Below are positions 46,553-56,700 of a stretch of DNA of 64,000 bases, in pieces. The notes below the pieces were generated by a model. That model was not told the DNA's origin and did not search any database. It saw only the letters and a list, made by a program, of their open reading frames with translations. Source of the stretch: Sulfurimonas sp. RIFOXYB12_FULL_35_9. Its GTDB lineage: Bacteria > Campylobacterota > Campylobacteria > Campylobacterales > Sulfurimonadaceae. Position 1 is the stretch's first letter; each line of letters opens with the position of its first letter. The DNA lies in the NCBI RefSeq assembly GCF_001829715.1, contig NZ_MICC01000076.1, positions 904 through 64,903 on the forward strand, written 5' to 3'. Position numbers and translations under genes: made by a program.

Positions 46553-49282
46553 TTATCGTTTTATACCTAGTAAAGTTTCAAGAAGCGTATCTGAAGTGGT
46601 AATCGTTTTACCGTTTGCCTGATACCCTCTTTGGATAATAATAAGCTGTGTCAGTGACTTTGAGAGATCCACATTCGATGCTTCAAGTGATGCCGATTGC
46701 ATAAATCCACGTCCTGCCGTTGCAGCAGTTCCGATAATGGGATCTCCGGAGTTAGCGGTTTGAGTATAAACATTTCCGCCCTCGGTTGAGAGACCCTCAT
46801 TATTTGTAAACTTTGCCATACCGATTTGTGCTAGACCGAAGCTTCTGCCGTTGCTGAATGAGCCTACTAACGTTCCGCTTTGATCTATCCTGATACCGAC
46901 GATATCTCCGCCCGTAAATCCATCTTGGCTTATCCCTGATGTTGATGATTTAGCATCAAAACTTGTCATACCGTCAAACTTATTTGCGGTTCCTAGTTCA
47001 AGTGAAACCTGCTGATTTGGCGCAGAGCCGTTGTTTGCGCTGAAAGAAACATTTGGCGGATTATATGTTGCTAAAGATCCATCATTGTTAAATCGTATAA
47101 AACCCATTTTTTCATTATACGGTTCTACAGAGTTGATTGTTGCAGGTTCAGGCACACTTATCTTCATGCTCCATTCGCTTCCCGTTGATTCATTTACGGC
47201 AATTTTTCTATACTCCGTTCTAAGTGTATGTTTTGAACCGAGTGAGTCAAAAACATCTATACTTGCCGAGTGTGTAGCGGCATTAAACGCTTGTGAGAAT
47301 GCCGCTCCGGTGCTTCCCACGGGAAGAGTCGCATTGAGTGCTTCCATATTTCTGGTGAATCGCTCATTTTCAGTAATCCTAGCACCGACGACACTATCCG
47401 CATCCATACCCGTAATGGCAAGACTCATATCATAATCACCTGTTGCACCGCCAGGGTTTCTTATCTCAAACTTACCTTGAGCATTGACAGAAACTTCAAT
47501 ATTGTTATTAGATGCGCCTAAGTAAGGTATAGTGGTCGCTACGTTAGCAGGTAAACCGCTTATACCTGCTCCAAATCCACCTAAAACCGTTGTGTCTAAA
47601 GTAATATTAGCACCTGAAGCATTTGTAATAATAAGTGTAGCTCCATTTGTCGTAGCAGTTACGCCGGCCGGCAAACCAACAGCTGCATTTATAGCGTTAG
47701 CATATGCAGTTGCTACACCTGCTGCAGTAGTAGCGTCGGGAATATTTCCTATATTAACCGTTACACCTGCTATTGAAAAATCGTGAGTTTCATCAACCCC
47801 CACTACACTCGCCGTAGCCGTGCTTGTAAGTATATGTGCCGTAGGATTAATACCTCTTGCCTCATTTTCTAACGCTTCACGTAAGTCTGCGATAGTCGTA
47901 AAAGTTTTATCATATCCTGCACTTGTTGCAGCACTCGTCGGATCATACTGATATCTGTATGCTGTGGTTACCACGGTATTTGCCAATGTGTTAAATCCAC
48001 TATTTGCATTTCCTGCCGTTAAACGGATATTATGTGATGAATTGGCATCTAAATTTGTATTTGTAAGCGTAATAGTATTGTTTAGCATATCGTATGAAGC
48101 ACTTACACCCGTAACGGAACCTTGCGCATTGATGGCTGAAACATAGCGTGCGGCATTTTGCAAAGGAGTTTCATAACCGGTACCGCCTGAGGTAGTTACC
48201 TGCTTTGTTGTTCCGTCATCAAGCGTAAATGTCAAACTTAGCTCATGCGGAGTTCCGCTAACTGCTACTACTCCACTTGCACTTCCGTTGTCGTTTTCCA
48301 GATCTGCGACAACCATTGTAGCACCTGCGGCAATAGGTTCAAAAGTAAGAGTATCTCCGACTGCGGTAAGCGTTGCGACTGCACCCACAGCTGTTGCCAA
48401 GTCTGCATAAGTTGTTACGGCATCTGTATTAAAAGGTGCAGAATAAACTACTCCATTAATCTCAACACTTATGGTATCACCTGCTACAGGCGCTCTGTCA
48501 AACGTTAAAACTACAGAATCCTCAATAGCTCCACCGGTTGTCGTAGCAGTCTGAAATCCTGCCCAGATCCCTTGTCCTGCTTGAAGACTAAACGCTTCTC
48601 CGCTATCGTTAAACATAACTCCCATGTCATCCGCTTCTATAGGGTTTCCGTTTGCATCGAGTGCAGGCGGAGTAGGAAGTGCCGGTGCAGGACCGGATGC
48701 AACTTTATATGCAGGTGAATAGGTATTTGTCAACGGACCGGAATTAAGATTTGCCTTAATAACCACCTCAGCCGTAGGTTGTGCAGGAGTCGTAAGCCCC
48801 GGCGGAATTTGAATATTTTTTATCGGTGCAGTTGCATCCACAAATCCCGTAACCGGATCTCTCAACCATCCTTGCACGATAAAGCCGTTATTATCTACAA
48901 AGTTTCCGCCTGCATCAAATTTAAAGTCGCCGGAACGAGTGTATTTGTAAGTATTGCCACCATCGGGAGAGATGATAAAAAAACCGTCTCCTTGAATAGC
49001 AACATCGGTATTTTTATCAGAACTTTGCACTGAACCTTGCGAGAAGATGCGTGTCATAGAGTCTATAGTAGATCCAAGCCCGACTTGCACGGGGTTTTTA
49101 CCGCCAATATCACCTTGCGGAGCTGTAGCGATTGACTTTGTTTGTGCTAAGAGGTCTGAAAAGTTGGCACGAGAGTATTTAAAACCTACCGTATTAACAT
49201 TTGCGATATTGTTTGATTCAACGTCCATTGCGACTTGATGTGATTGTAAGCCAGCTACACCTGAATAGAGTGATTTTAACAT
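46553..49282 (-). CDS. flgE: flagellar hook protein FlgE (giant epsilonproteobacterial type)
   Basis: The N-terminus is MLKSLYSGVAGLQSHQ..NNIANVNTVGFK and the C-terminus is SLTQLIIIQRGYQANGKTITTSD. The central insertion is long and Thr/Ala/Gly-rich. The ATG at 49282 follows AAGGA. Confidence 0.9.
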   Translation of the reverse strand: MLKSLYSGVAGLQSHQVAMDVESNNIANVNTVGFKYSRANFSDLLAQTKSIATAPQGDIGGKNPVQVGLGSTIDSMTRIFSQGSVQSSDKNTDVAIQGDGFFIISPDGGNTYKYTRSGDFKFDAGGNFVDNNGFIVQGWLRDPVTGFVDATAPIKNIQIPPGLTTPAQPTAEVVIKANLNSGPLTNTYSPAYKVASGPAPALPTPPALDANGNPIEADDMGVMFNDSGEAFSLQAGQGIWAGFQTATTTGGAIEDSVVLTFDRAPVAGDTISVEINGVVYSAPFNTDAVTTYADLATAVGAVATLTAVGDTLTFEPIAAGATMVVADLENDNGSASGVVAVSGTPHELSLTFTLDDGTTKQVTTSGGTGYETPLQNAARYVSAINAQGSVTGVSASYDMLNNTITLTNTNLDANSSHNIRLTAGNANSGFNTLANTVVTTAYRYQYDPTSAATSAGYDKTFTTIADLREALENEARGINPTAHILTSTATASVVGVDETHDFSIAGVTVNIGNIPDATTAAGVATAYANAINAAVGLPAGVTATTNGATLIITNASGANITLDTTVLGGFGAGISGLPANVATTIPYLGASNNNIEVSVNAQGKFEIRNPGGATGDYDMSLAITGMDADSVVGARITENERFTRNMEALNATLPVGSTGAAFSQAFNAATHSASIDVFDSLGSKHTLRTEYRKIAVNESTGSEWSMKISVPEPATINSVEPYNEKMGFIRFNNDGSLATYNPPNVSFSANNGSAPNQQVSLELGTANKFDGMTSFDAKSSTSGISQDGFTGGDIVGIRIDQSGTLVGSFSNGRSFGLAQIGMAKFTNNEGLSTEGGNVYTQTANSGDPIIGTAATAGRGFMQSASLEASNVDLSKSLTQLIIIQRGYQANGKTITTSDTLLETLLGIKR

Positions 49283-49381
49283 GTTCAATCCTTATTTTAT
49301 TATCTTTGAAACCTCTTTTAGCATAAACTAAATCAAGGTATTTTTTTAAATAGTAACTAAAAACAGCATTTAGTGTTCCAA

Positions 49382-50683
49382 CTATTTTGCATCCATATCT
49401 AAAGCTTTTTGTAACATCTCATGTGCCGTTGTTATGGATTTTGAATTTGCATCATAAGATCTTTGCATAACGATCAACTCGGTAAGTGCCGTCTCGATTT
49501 CAACATTTGAGCCTTCAAGTTTATAGTTTGTAATATCCACACCCTTAATGTTGCTTCCATCCGGATCTTGAAAGAAAATTGCTTTACCGCTATTTGAAGA
49601 CTCTGCGAATCTTGTACCGCTTACCTTTTCTAATCCACCGTCATTGATGAAATGATAAATAGCCAATGTAGCCACACTGCTTTGTACTCCATTTGTAAAA
49701 GCTGCCACCACTTCACCATTTCTGTTAATATCATAACCCACAAGTTCTCCCGCTTCTTTTCCGTTTGATTCGCTTGAGGCTCTAATCGTATCGTTTATAG
49801 AAATAACCCCGTCATATCCTGTTCCTAAATTGACAACAACACTGGCACCGTTATTATCAATAGCCGGAAGAGAGTTTGAGATAAGTTGCCCGGCTTCATC
49901 AAATGCGACTACTCCAGTTTGTGTATCGTAAATCGTCTCAGGCTCATATGTAATTGCTTGAGTCTCCGAATTAACCACTGTTACCAAATTGTTACTTTGT
50001 GCAGTTGCGACAACATTCCACTGTGTTCCGGGTGAGACTTGCGGATCTGCTTTGCTAAATTCTAATCGTATTGCATTATTATTGTTTTGAGGATCTATGG
50101 CTTTACCGCTCATTACTCTTACGGTATCTTCCAACCCTATATTCGCATAAAATTTTACTTCCGTTGTAGGTTGTACGGCAACTTGCAACTCTTGAGGAAG
50201 ACTAAGTTTTTGTTGGCTTTTTGCATCTCCTAGAGGTATTTCTGCTAATGTTTCAACTAGCACTCCGTCTTCTATGTTATTTCCGATAGTTCCTAAAACA
50301 TAATAGCCGTCATCCGTTACCAACTCTCTATTTGCATTAAAAGTAAAAGCCCCGTCACGTGTATAAAGCGGTTCTCCTTGACCTTGAATGGCAAACCATC
50401 CATCACCCATAATCGCCAAATCCGTGCTTCTCTCGGTTAGTTGATAAACGCCTATATTTTGATTCATCGTAACGGCATTTAGTTTTGATCCAAGCCCGAT
50501 ATTGCTATCTACGCTTGAGAGTTGTGCATCGGTAGAGATATTTTCCTGAAAAAGTGACGAAAACTCCGCATTTGAACTGCGAAAACCGTTTGTGCTGATA
50601 TTTGATAAATTATCTGCAATTATGTCAATACCGTATTGGTGTGTCTTAATCCCACTGACACCAGTATAAAAAGCTTGAATCAT
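49382..50683 (-). CDS. flagellar hook/rod-family protein (short FlgE paralog)
   Basis: The N-terminus is MIQAFYTGVSGIKTHQYGIDIIADNLSNISTNGFR and the C-terminus is LTELIVMQRSYDANSKSITTAHEM. Confidence 0.8.
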   Translation of the reverse strand: MIQAFYTGVSGIKTHQYGIDIIADNLSNISTNGFRSSNAEFSSLFQENISTDAQLSSVDSNIGLGSKLNAVTMNQNIGVYQLTERSTDLAIMGDGWFAIQGQGEPLYTRDGAFTFNANRELVTDDGYYVLGTIGNNIEDGVLVETLAEIPLGDAKSQQKLSLPQELQVAVQPTTEVKFYANIGLEDTVRVMSGKAIDPQNNNNAIRLEFSKADPQVSPGTQWNVVATAQSNNLVTVVNSETQAITYEPETIYDTQTGVVAFDEAGQLISNSLPAIDNNGASVVVNLGTGYDGVISINDTIRASSESNGKEAGELVGYDINRNGEVVAAFTNGVQSSVATLAIYHFINDGGLEKVSGTRFAESSNSGKAIFFQDPDGSNIKGVDITNYKLEGSNVEIETALTELIVMQRSYDANSKSITTAHEMLQKALDMDAK

Positions 50684-50694
50684 GAGAAAATCCT

Positions 50695-51360
50695 TTAGTA
50701 GATTTCTTTTACCTTGCTGAGTTCAACATAACTTGAACCCACTTTTACATAACTTGTAGCTCCGTCAAACTTAACCGACTCTATAGGATATGCTCCCATT
50801 CTCGTTGTAAGTGCTTTGCCATCAGGGTTTGTATATGCCGCGCTAACATAATAAACACCGCTTGTAAGTTCACTGCCGCTTGTATTTGTTCCATCCCACG
50901 TAAACTTATATACACCTTTAGGATTTGTACCGACATCCAATGTTTTTAAAGTATTTCCATTGACATCCGTTATCTGTATATCTCCCTGCTCTATATCATC
51001 CGGAAAATAGACCTCAAAAGTACTGTCAGATCCCTCGTCCAGTGTAATTGCGTTGCTTCCAAGATCAGCTGTCTTACCGATTGCGGCAACAGTGCTGAAC
51101 TGTTGTGAAGTTCCGAGTGCCGCAGCTAAAGTTTCTAAAGCCTTATTTGTATTTTCGCTCGCCTCTAAACCTGCCAACTGGGATGTTTGAGTTAAAATCT
51201 TATCACTGTCCATAGGTTCGGTCGGATCTTGATTTTGAAGCTCAACTAACAGTAGCGTCATAAAATCATCTTTGCCCAATACCGTTTTATCATCTGTTTT
51301 TTTTGCACTAACATATTCTGCGTTTGTTGCCGCATTTAAACCTTCTGATGTAATTGCCAT
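50695..51360 (-). CDS. flgD: flagellar hook capping/assembly protein FlgD
   Basis: The FlgD motif LGKDDFMTLLLVELQNQDPTEPMD is present, followed by an Ig/FlgD-like C-terminal domain. Confidence 0.88.
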   Translation of the reverse strand: MAITSEGLNAATNAEYVSAKKTDDKTVLGKDDFMTLLLVELQNQDPTEPMDSDKILTQTSQLAGLEASENTNKALETLAAALGTSQQFSTVAAIGKTADLGSNAITLDEGSDSTFEVYFPDDIEQGDIQITDVNGNTLKTLDVGTNPKGVYKFTWDGTNTSGSELTSGVYYVSAAYTNPDGKALTTRMGAYPIESVKFDGATSYVKVGSSYVELSKVKEIY

Positions 51361-51388
51361 AATAAACTCCTTTATCTAGTAAAAATTT

Positions 51389-52894
51389 TTATATATATCT
51401 AGGAACAATAATCTCTAAAGAGCTTAGTATCTCTTCATGTGCCTCTTCATTTTCAAAATAGCTGTACTCTGTGTGAGCTTTTTGCTCATTTTGTCTCTTT
51501 TGCTGCTCTGCGCCGCCGCTTTGGTTATCTGCGTAACCACCTTGTTGAGAAGTATCACTAAAATTTAATGTAGCATTATTTATTCCACTATTACTGAGCT
51601 GTACCCTTAGCTCGTTGGAGTTCATTACTAAAGTATTTATAGCTGCATTGTTTGAAGAGAGATTTACATGTAGGTTCTTGCCTCTTTGAACTATAGTCAA
51701 GTCAATCTCACCCAAATGTGCAGGATTTAGCTGTACTTTTACTCTCGTAAAGGGAGATTTATACTCATCTATTGCATTTTTAATATCATCGGAAAGATAA
51801 CGAATCATCTGTTTTGCTTCATTGATTTTCACTTCGAAACTATCGGCTTTTTGTGTAGAGAGTGCCTCTACTTTTACATCTAACTGACTCTGCTCGCTTA
51901 TAAAAGATTCACCGCGTAAAAGCTGCTCTAATGTTTTTGTATTTTCTTGCGTTACTGCTGCAGGGGCAACTTTAAGAGCAGATAAATCAGAAGTGACCGA
52001 GGTAGTATTTTGAGATGATTTTTCATCGCTAAGAAGAAGCTTGAGAGACTCATCCGACTTATCTTTTGATGTCTTTTGATCTGCTTTAGACAAGTTATTT
52101 GCCTTTGCCTGAACAATCTGCTCGGTAGTCGCATGCTCACTCACCGTTTGTGCTTTAAAAAGCGGAGTCTCTTTTTGAGCTTGTGCTACTTTTTCATCAC
52201 TCTTTATCTCATTTGAGAGCTGTGTCTGCGTTATTTGCTGATTGATTGGAATCTGTTTTTCGCTTGCATGTTGGGCTTTTTTATCTTGAACTATCTCTTT
52301 TGGCAGAACTTCACTCTTTATATTTGCTGTCTCTTTTGATAAAGCCTCACTCGAAGGAGAGAGACCGACTGCACTGTCTTTATCTGTTTTTGCGACTTGT
52401 ATAGTTGCTTGAGAAGATTTTTTTACCTCTTCAATACTTATTTTACCGATATCGATACCTAATTTTTTAGCAGCCTCAATTAAGCCGCCCAAAGTTTTTG
52501 GAAGCTCTTTAATCTCTGCTTTTTTATACCCATCACTATTTTGAATTATATCTTTGAGGTAATTTTTTGCATCACTTATCAATGTTTTCATCTCAGCGGA
52601 TGTTAAATTTGGAGCAAGTTTAGGGTTAAGCTCTAGCAACTCTTGCTCTTCATCCGAAGACAATGCAAGAGAAGCCAGATTATCTGTTTTTAAAAGTGAT
52701 TTTGTAGACTTTATGCTTTTCTCTTCAGAGCCCAAAGCTAGAACTAAAGAGCCGTTTTGAATAGTTTTACCCTCTTTTTTTTCGCTTGCTCCTCTTAAGA
52801 GATCCGAAAATGAGAGGAGAGGTTTATCTTTAGAGGCAGAGAGATTAAGAGGCGAAGATACGGTTTTGCTATTTTTCATATCCAATAAAATCAT
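51389..52894 (-). CDS. fliK: flagellar hook-length control protein FliK-like
   Basis: The N-terminal and central regions are low-complexity and Ser/Lys/Gln-rich. The C-terminus has a Flg_hook-type domain, VKVQLNPAHLGEIDLTIVQRGKNLHVNLSSNN. The gene lies upstream of flgD. Confidence 0.75.
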   Translation of the reverse strand: MILLDMKNSKTVSSPLNLSASKDKPLLSFSDLLRGASEKKEGKTIQNGSLVLALGSEEKSIKSTKSLLKTDNLASLALSSDEEQELLELNPKLAPNLTSAEMKTLISDAKNYLKDIIQNSDGYKKAEIKELPKTLGGLIEAAKKLGIDIGKISIEEVKKSSQATIQVAKTDKDSAVGLSPSSEALSKETANIKSEVLPKEIVQDKKAQHASEKQIPINQQITQTQLSNEIKSDEKVAQAQKETPLFKAQTVSEHATTEQIVQAKANNLSKADQKTSKDKSDESLKLLLSDEKSSQNTTSVTSDLSALKVAPAAVTQENTKTLEQLLRGESFISEQSQLDVKVEALSTQKADSFEVKINEAKQMIRYLSDDIKNAIDEYKSPFTRVKVQLNPAHLGEIDLTIVQRGKNLHVNLSSNNAAINTLVMNSNELRVQLSNSGINNATLNFSDTSQQGGYADNQSGGAEQQKRQNEQKAHTEYSYFENEEAHEEILSSLEIIVPRYI

Positions 52895-52977
52895 TACACG
52901 CTCCTTTTATCTTTTTACAAAGATTTTAGGAGATGTAGCATAAATTATTCCAATATTACTAAATCATAAATACCTAG

Positions 52978-53403
52978 CTAAAATTTTAGCAGTGGGTTAA
53001 AATTGCTCAAACATCTCAAACTGTTTTTATATTTTTTATCTGCCATATCCATCAGCTCTTCAATTAACAGTTCTGATTTTTCTCCATCAACCGGATAACT
53101 TACTGCACATGTATTTAAATTGACGCCAAAAAACTCACAAAACATCTCTTTAACGATATTCGTACCATATTTGTCAGTATAAGGAAGTATAAGAAAGTAG
53201 TCGGATTCGTTATTTACGATAGCATCGGAATTTCTCAGTATCTGCTCTATAGAATTATCTATAACAGATTTTTCAAATTTTGCAAAATCACAATAAAGCA
53301 GAGTAAAGCTCTCTGCACGATTCTCATCTAACCTTTGGGCTAAGCCTATAGTTAAATCAAGAAGTTGTTTAAAATTATCAAACGTAAAATGTACACCAGC
53401 CAT
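52978..53403 (-). CDS. conserved hypothetical protein upstream of fliK
   Basis: The ORF is 141 aa and codes cleanly. No diagnostic motif was found. Confidence 0.45.
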   Translation of the reverse strand: MAGVHFTFDNFKQLLDLTIGLAQRLDENRAESFTLLYCDFAKFEKSVIDNSIEQILRNSDAIVNNESDYFLILPYTDKYGTNIVKEMFCEFFGVNLNTCAVSYPVDGEKSELLIEELMDMADKKYKNSLRCLSNFNPLLKF

Positions 53404-53446
53404 CTCTCACCTCACTTTAAAAATTTAAATAAAGTATACCTAAATT

Positions 53447-54424
53447 TCACATTATCGTATAAGGTTTTATCTCATCCCTTGAAGCAAACGGTGTCGCTTG
53501 AAGTTCATCCTTATCAAATGTTAACGTATAACTCACACCCTCTTTTGTCTTGCAATATGTCAGTATGATTTTTGCCGCTAATTCTTTGTCTGCTTGTGTC
53601 GCACTTTTGCTTAGCATTGAGTGAGGACCTGGAAGCCCCGGTGTTTTAATATGGTAGTATTTATCGTTCTCTATATTTTGAAGATGAGAATTCTCATCTT
53701 GATTTCTTCCAATAACCAGTTTTGCACCGTCTTTTAGGCGAAGATGACGACCAAACTTCATAAGCTTAATATCTCTTACTTCAAATGTATCATGTTTTAT
53801 AAAGTCAAACATCTTTTTGGCAAAATTCTCATCTGTCAGGAGACATCCTCCGCCCGGACTCTCAAAATTATCCAAACCTATCTCTTTGACTAGCTCAAGC
53901 TGTCTCTCACGATTTCTTCCAGTGATGTTTTCTAGTTTTTCTCTGTCGACCCAACCATTTATCTCAGCAATTGTTGGCTCAAGAGCTTTTGCAGAGAGAG
54001 GACGCAAAAGTAGTCCGTTACAATTGCTCTCGTTTAAAACCGTCTGCAGAGACTCTCTGTTTTGGCTCATCGGTCGCTGTCCTAAAACCTCACCGCTCAC
54101 CAAAAACGAAGCACCCTCCGCTTCCATAACCCTCTTTGCCACGGCGAACATCTTTGCATGACAATCTATACATGGGTTGAAATTTTTACCGTAGCCATGC
54201 TTTGGATCAAAGAGCACATCTTGTAAAAATTCACTCTCGATATCTATAATTTTTAACTCTGCTCCGACTTGGTCACACATGCTCTGCATATGTTCAAGTC
54301 TATCTTTTGTGCTTCCAAAACCCGTGTTAATATTTACCGCCAAAACTTCTATGCCTTGGTCTATTATAAGTTTCATTGCCAAAGTTGAGTCTAATCCACC
54401 GCTAAAGAGTGCGATTGCTTTCAT
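53447..54424 (-). CDS. PP-loop ATP pyrophosphatase (ThiI / tRNA sulfurtransferase-like)
   Basis: The PP-loop motif is ALFSGGLDST. The motif NPCIDCH is also present. The length is 325 aa. Confidence 0.6.
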   Translation of the reverse strand: MKAIALFSGGLDSTLAMKLIIDQGIEVLAVNINTGFGSTKDRLEHMQSMCDQVGAELKIIDIESEFLQDVLFDPKHGYGKNFNPCIDCHAKMFAVAKRVMEAEGASFLVSGEVLGQRPMSQNRESLQTVLNESNCNGLLLRPLSAKALEPTIAEINGWVDREKLENITGRNRERQLELVKEIGLDNFESPGGGCLLTDENFAKKMFDFIKHDTFEVRDIKLMKFGRHLRLKDGAKLVIGRNQDENSHLQNIENDKYYHIKTPGLPGPHSMLSKSATQADKELAAKIILTYCKTKEGVSYTLTFDKDELQATPFASRDEIKPYTIM

Positions 54425-54469
54425 CTTTTTCCCTTGTATATTTGATAATTTAAATTATGAAATTATACA

Positions 54470-55729
54470 CTACTTATCTCTTCTTCTGCCCGAAGGGCTT
54501 TGCGTTCTATTTTGAGCCGGTTTTGTGCTTGGTCTGTTTCTTTGATTTGAGCCTCTGTTGCCGCCTTGGTTTATAGGCTCTGCTTTTATGGAAGGATCAG
54601 GTTTAAAATCTTTAAGCCACACTTTTGGAATATCTTTTTTTATCAATTTTTCTATTGTTGAGAGATACTCATGTTCATCTATGCAAACTAGAGATATCGC
54701 TTCACCTTCACACCCTGCACGACCTGTTCTGCCGATTCTGTGAATATAATCCTCAGGCACATTCGGTAGTTCATAGTTGATGACATGCGGAAGCTGATCT
54801 ATATCTATACCTCTGGCTGCTATATCCGTTGCGACCAAAACTCTTACTACACCATCTTTAAAATCTGCCAAAGCTTTAGTTCTTGCATTTTGACTCTTAT
54901 TTCCATGAATTGCGGCAGACGTGATCCCATCTTTTTCAAGCTGTCCCGCCAAACGGTTAGCTCCATGTTTTGTTCTGGTAAATACTAGCACCTGTTTCCA
55001 TTTACCCTCATTTATGAGGTGTGTTAAAAGCTCGCGTTTACGCTGGCTATCAACCGGATAAACTACCTGTTTTACGGTTTCTGAAGCTGTATTGCGGCGT
55101 GCTACTTCTATGAGTGCCGGAGAGTTTAGCAGTTTATCGGAGAGTTTTTTAATCTCATCAGAGTAAGTAGCCGAAAATAGCAGATTTTGTCTCTGTTTTG
55201 GGAGAACCGCCAATATCTTTTTAATATCGTTTATAAAGCCCATATCCAACATTCTATCGGCTTCATCGAGTATAAGAAACTCGACACTTCCCAAATCTAT
55301 GCTTTTTTGAGAGAGATGATCTAGCAGTCTCCCCGGAGTAGCAATAACAATATCAACACCCTTGCGAAGCTGTGCAAGCTGCGGATTTATTTTAACTCCT
55401 CCAAAAATTATCGCCGATTTAAATTGGAGATATTTTCCGTAAGTCTCAACGCTCTCACCCACTTGTGCTGCCAACTCTCTTGTGGGAACAAGGATAAGTG
55501 CTCTTATGCTCTGTTTTGACTTTGTAGGTTTTGTTTTGCTTAAAAGTTCAAGAAGCGGAAGCGTAAAACCTGCTGTTTTACCTGTTCCTGTTTGTGCTCC
55601 GGCTAAAATATCACGTCTACCGAGTATTACCGGAATCGCTTCTTTTTGGATAGGTGTCGGCTCGCTATAGCCTTGATCTTTGATAGCTTTTAGTAAAGGA
55701 GCTGACAAACCTAGTGTTGTAAATGACAT
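54470..55729 (-). CDS. DEAD-box ATP-dependent RNA helicase (RhlE-like) with basic C-terminal tail
   Basis: The helicase motifs are [15 protein letters not shown] and [10 protein letters not shown]. The ATG at 55729 follows AGGA. Confidence 0.9.
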   Translation of the reverse strand: MSFTTLGLSAPLLKAIKDQGYSEPTPIQKEAIPVILGRRDILAGAQTGTGKTAGFTLPLLELLSKTKPTKSKQSIRALILVPTRELAAQVGESVETYGKYLQFKSAIIFGGVKINPQLAQLRKGVDIVIATPGRLLDHLSQKSIDLGSVEFLILDEADRMLDMGFINDIKKILAVLPKQRQNLLFSATYSDEIKKLSDKLLNSPALIEVARRNTASETVKQVVYPVDSQRKRELLTHLINEGKWKQVLVFTRTKHGANRLAGQLEKDGITSAAIHGNKSQNARTKALADFKDGVVRVLVATDIAARGIDIDQLPHVINYELPNVPEDYIHRIGRTGRAGCEGEAISLVCIDEHEYLSTIEKLIKKDIPKVWLKDFKPDPSIKAEPINQGGNRGSNQRNRPSTKPAQNRTQSPSGRRRDK

Positions 55730-55770
55730 TATAATCCTGATTGTAGTATTCATACATAATAGCATAATTT

Positions 55771-56700
55771 ATGGCAACATGGGATATAATCCACAAATTT
55801 ATATCAAATACCCTCTTAGGACTTCTTATGCCAGATGATCAAATATCTCTAAAACACAACAAACACCGTATCCATCCATGTCCTAATGATAAAAAACTCT
55901 CACTTCTTAACCTCTTGATTGCTCAAAATGCTACTTTAGATATAGTTGTAGCAACGGCGGAAGATACACAAGCTATAAAAGAGGCTATAACAGCTAGCAA
56001 CGTTAAAGTTTTAAACGATAAAGAATTATTAAAGTTGCCTGAACTAAGATGTAAACTCCTTATCAGCTATGATTTACCCTCAACTGCGATTCTCTACATG
56101 GCTAGAGTTGCCAAGGCTACGGAGGGTGCGATAATTTTACTCGACAAAGATGAGCAAAAACAGCTTTACCCGATAGAGACACTCCTTGGACGGGTTATCA
56201 GACAAGAGATTGTTGCAGGTTTTGAGTATGCGGTTGAAGAGAAGATAAAAAGAGAGCAAAAACCTTTTGATAGACCAAAGAGAGATGGCGAGAGATCCGA
56301 ACGCAAGCCTTTTGAAAAGCCAAAGTATGACAAGCCCAAAAGAGACTCTGAAAAACCTGAGCGTAAACCTTTTGACAAACCTAAATATGACAAGCCTAAG
56401 AGAGACGGTGAGAGTTCTGAACGCAAGCCATTTGACAAACCTAAATTCGATAAGCCTAAGAGAGACGGTGAAAAATCCGAACAAAAAGCTTATGACAAAC
56501 CAAAAAGAGATGATAAAAAATCAAATAAATTTTTAGGAAAAGACGAAAGCGGAAAGGCAAAATTCTCAGGTAAAAGCGGAGAAAGAAACCATCGCTATGA
56601 CGGAACTCCAAAAGAGAAGTATGAAGCACCGAAAAATGTTGGAAGAAAAATATCTATAAAAGAGCGTAAACCGACGGAGGACTCTAAGCCTAACTCTTAA
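55771..56700 (+). CDS. degenerate helicase-C-like domain protein with basic 20-aa tandem repeats
   Basis: The N-terminal half aligns by eye to a DEAD-box RecA2 domain, with LLISYDLPSTAILYMARVAKATEGAIILL in place of [18 protein letters not shown]. The C-terminal half carries RKPFDKPKYDKPKRDGExSE repeats. Confidence 0.6.
   Translation: MATWDIIHKFISNTLLGLLMPDDQISLKHNKHRIHPCPNDKKLSLLNLLIAQNATLDIVVATAEDTQAIKEAITASNVKVLNDKELLKLPELRCKLLISYDLPSTAILYMARVAKATEGAIILLDKDEQKQLYPIETLLGRVIRQEIVAGFEYAVEEKIKREQKPFDRPKRDGERSERKPFEKPKYDKPKRDSEKPERKPFDKPKYDKPKRDGESSERKPFDKPKFDKPKRDGEKSEQKAYDKPKRDDKKSNKFLGKDESGKAKFSGKSGERNHRYDGTPKEKYEAPKNVGRKISIKERKPTEDSKPNS
56257..56516 (+). repeat. about 4.5 copies of a 60-bp in-frame coding tandem repeat
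   Basis: Units of the form cgcaagccttttga(a/c)aa(g/a)cc(a/t)aa(g/a)t(a/t)(t/c)ga(c/t)aagcc(c/t)aa(a/g)agaga(c/t)... recur and encode KPKRD/ERKPF. Confidence 0.8.

Noticed and set aside
47031-49238. Several 60-134 aa + strand ORFs inside flgE
   Set aside because: These are antisense shadow ORFs in a long, compositionally biased gene. They have no motifs or ribosome-binding sites.
56257-56516. Tandem repeats as a possible CRISPR array or non-coding VNTR
   Set aside because: There are no unique spacers. The units are contiguous, in frame and encode a coherent basic peptide repeat.
56137-56536. Overlapping ORFs on both strands across the 60-bp repeats
   Set aside because: They are artefacts of a periodic sequence that stays open in several frames. 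Only the + frame continues from a folded N-terminal domain.
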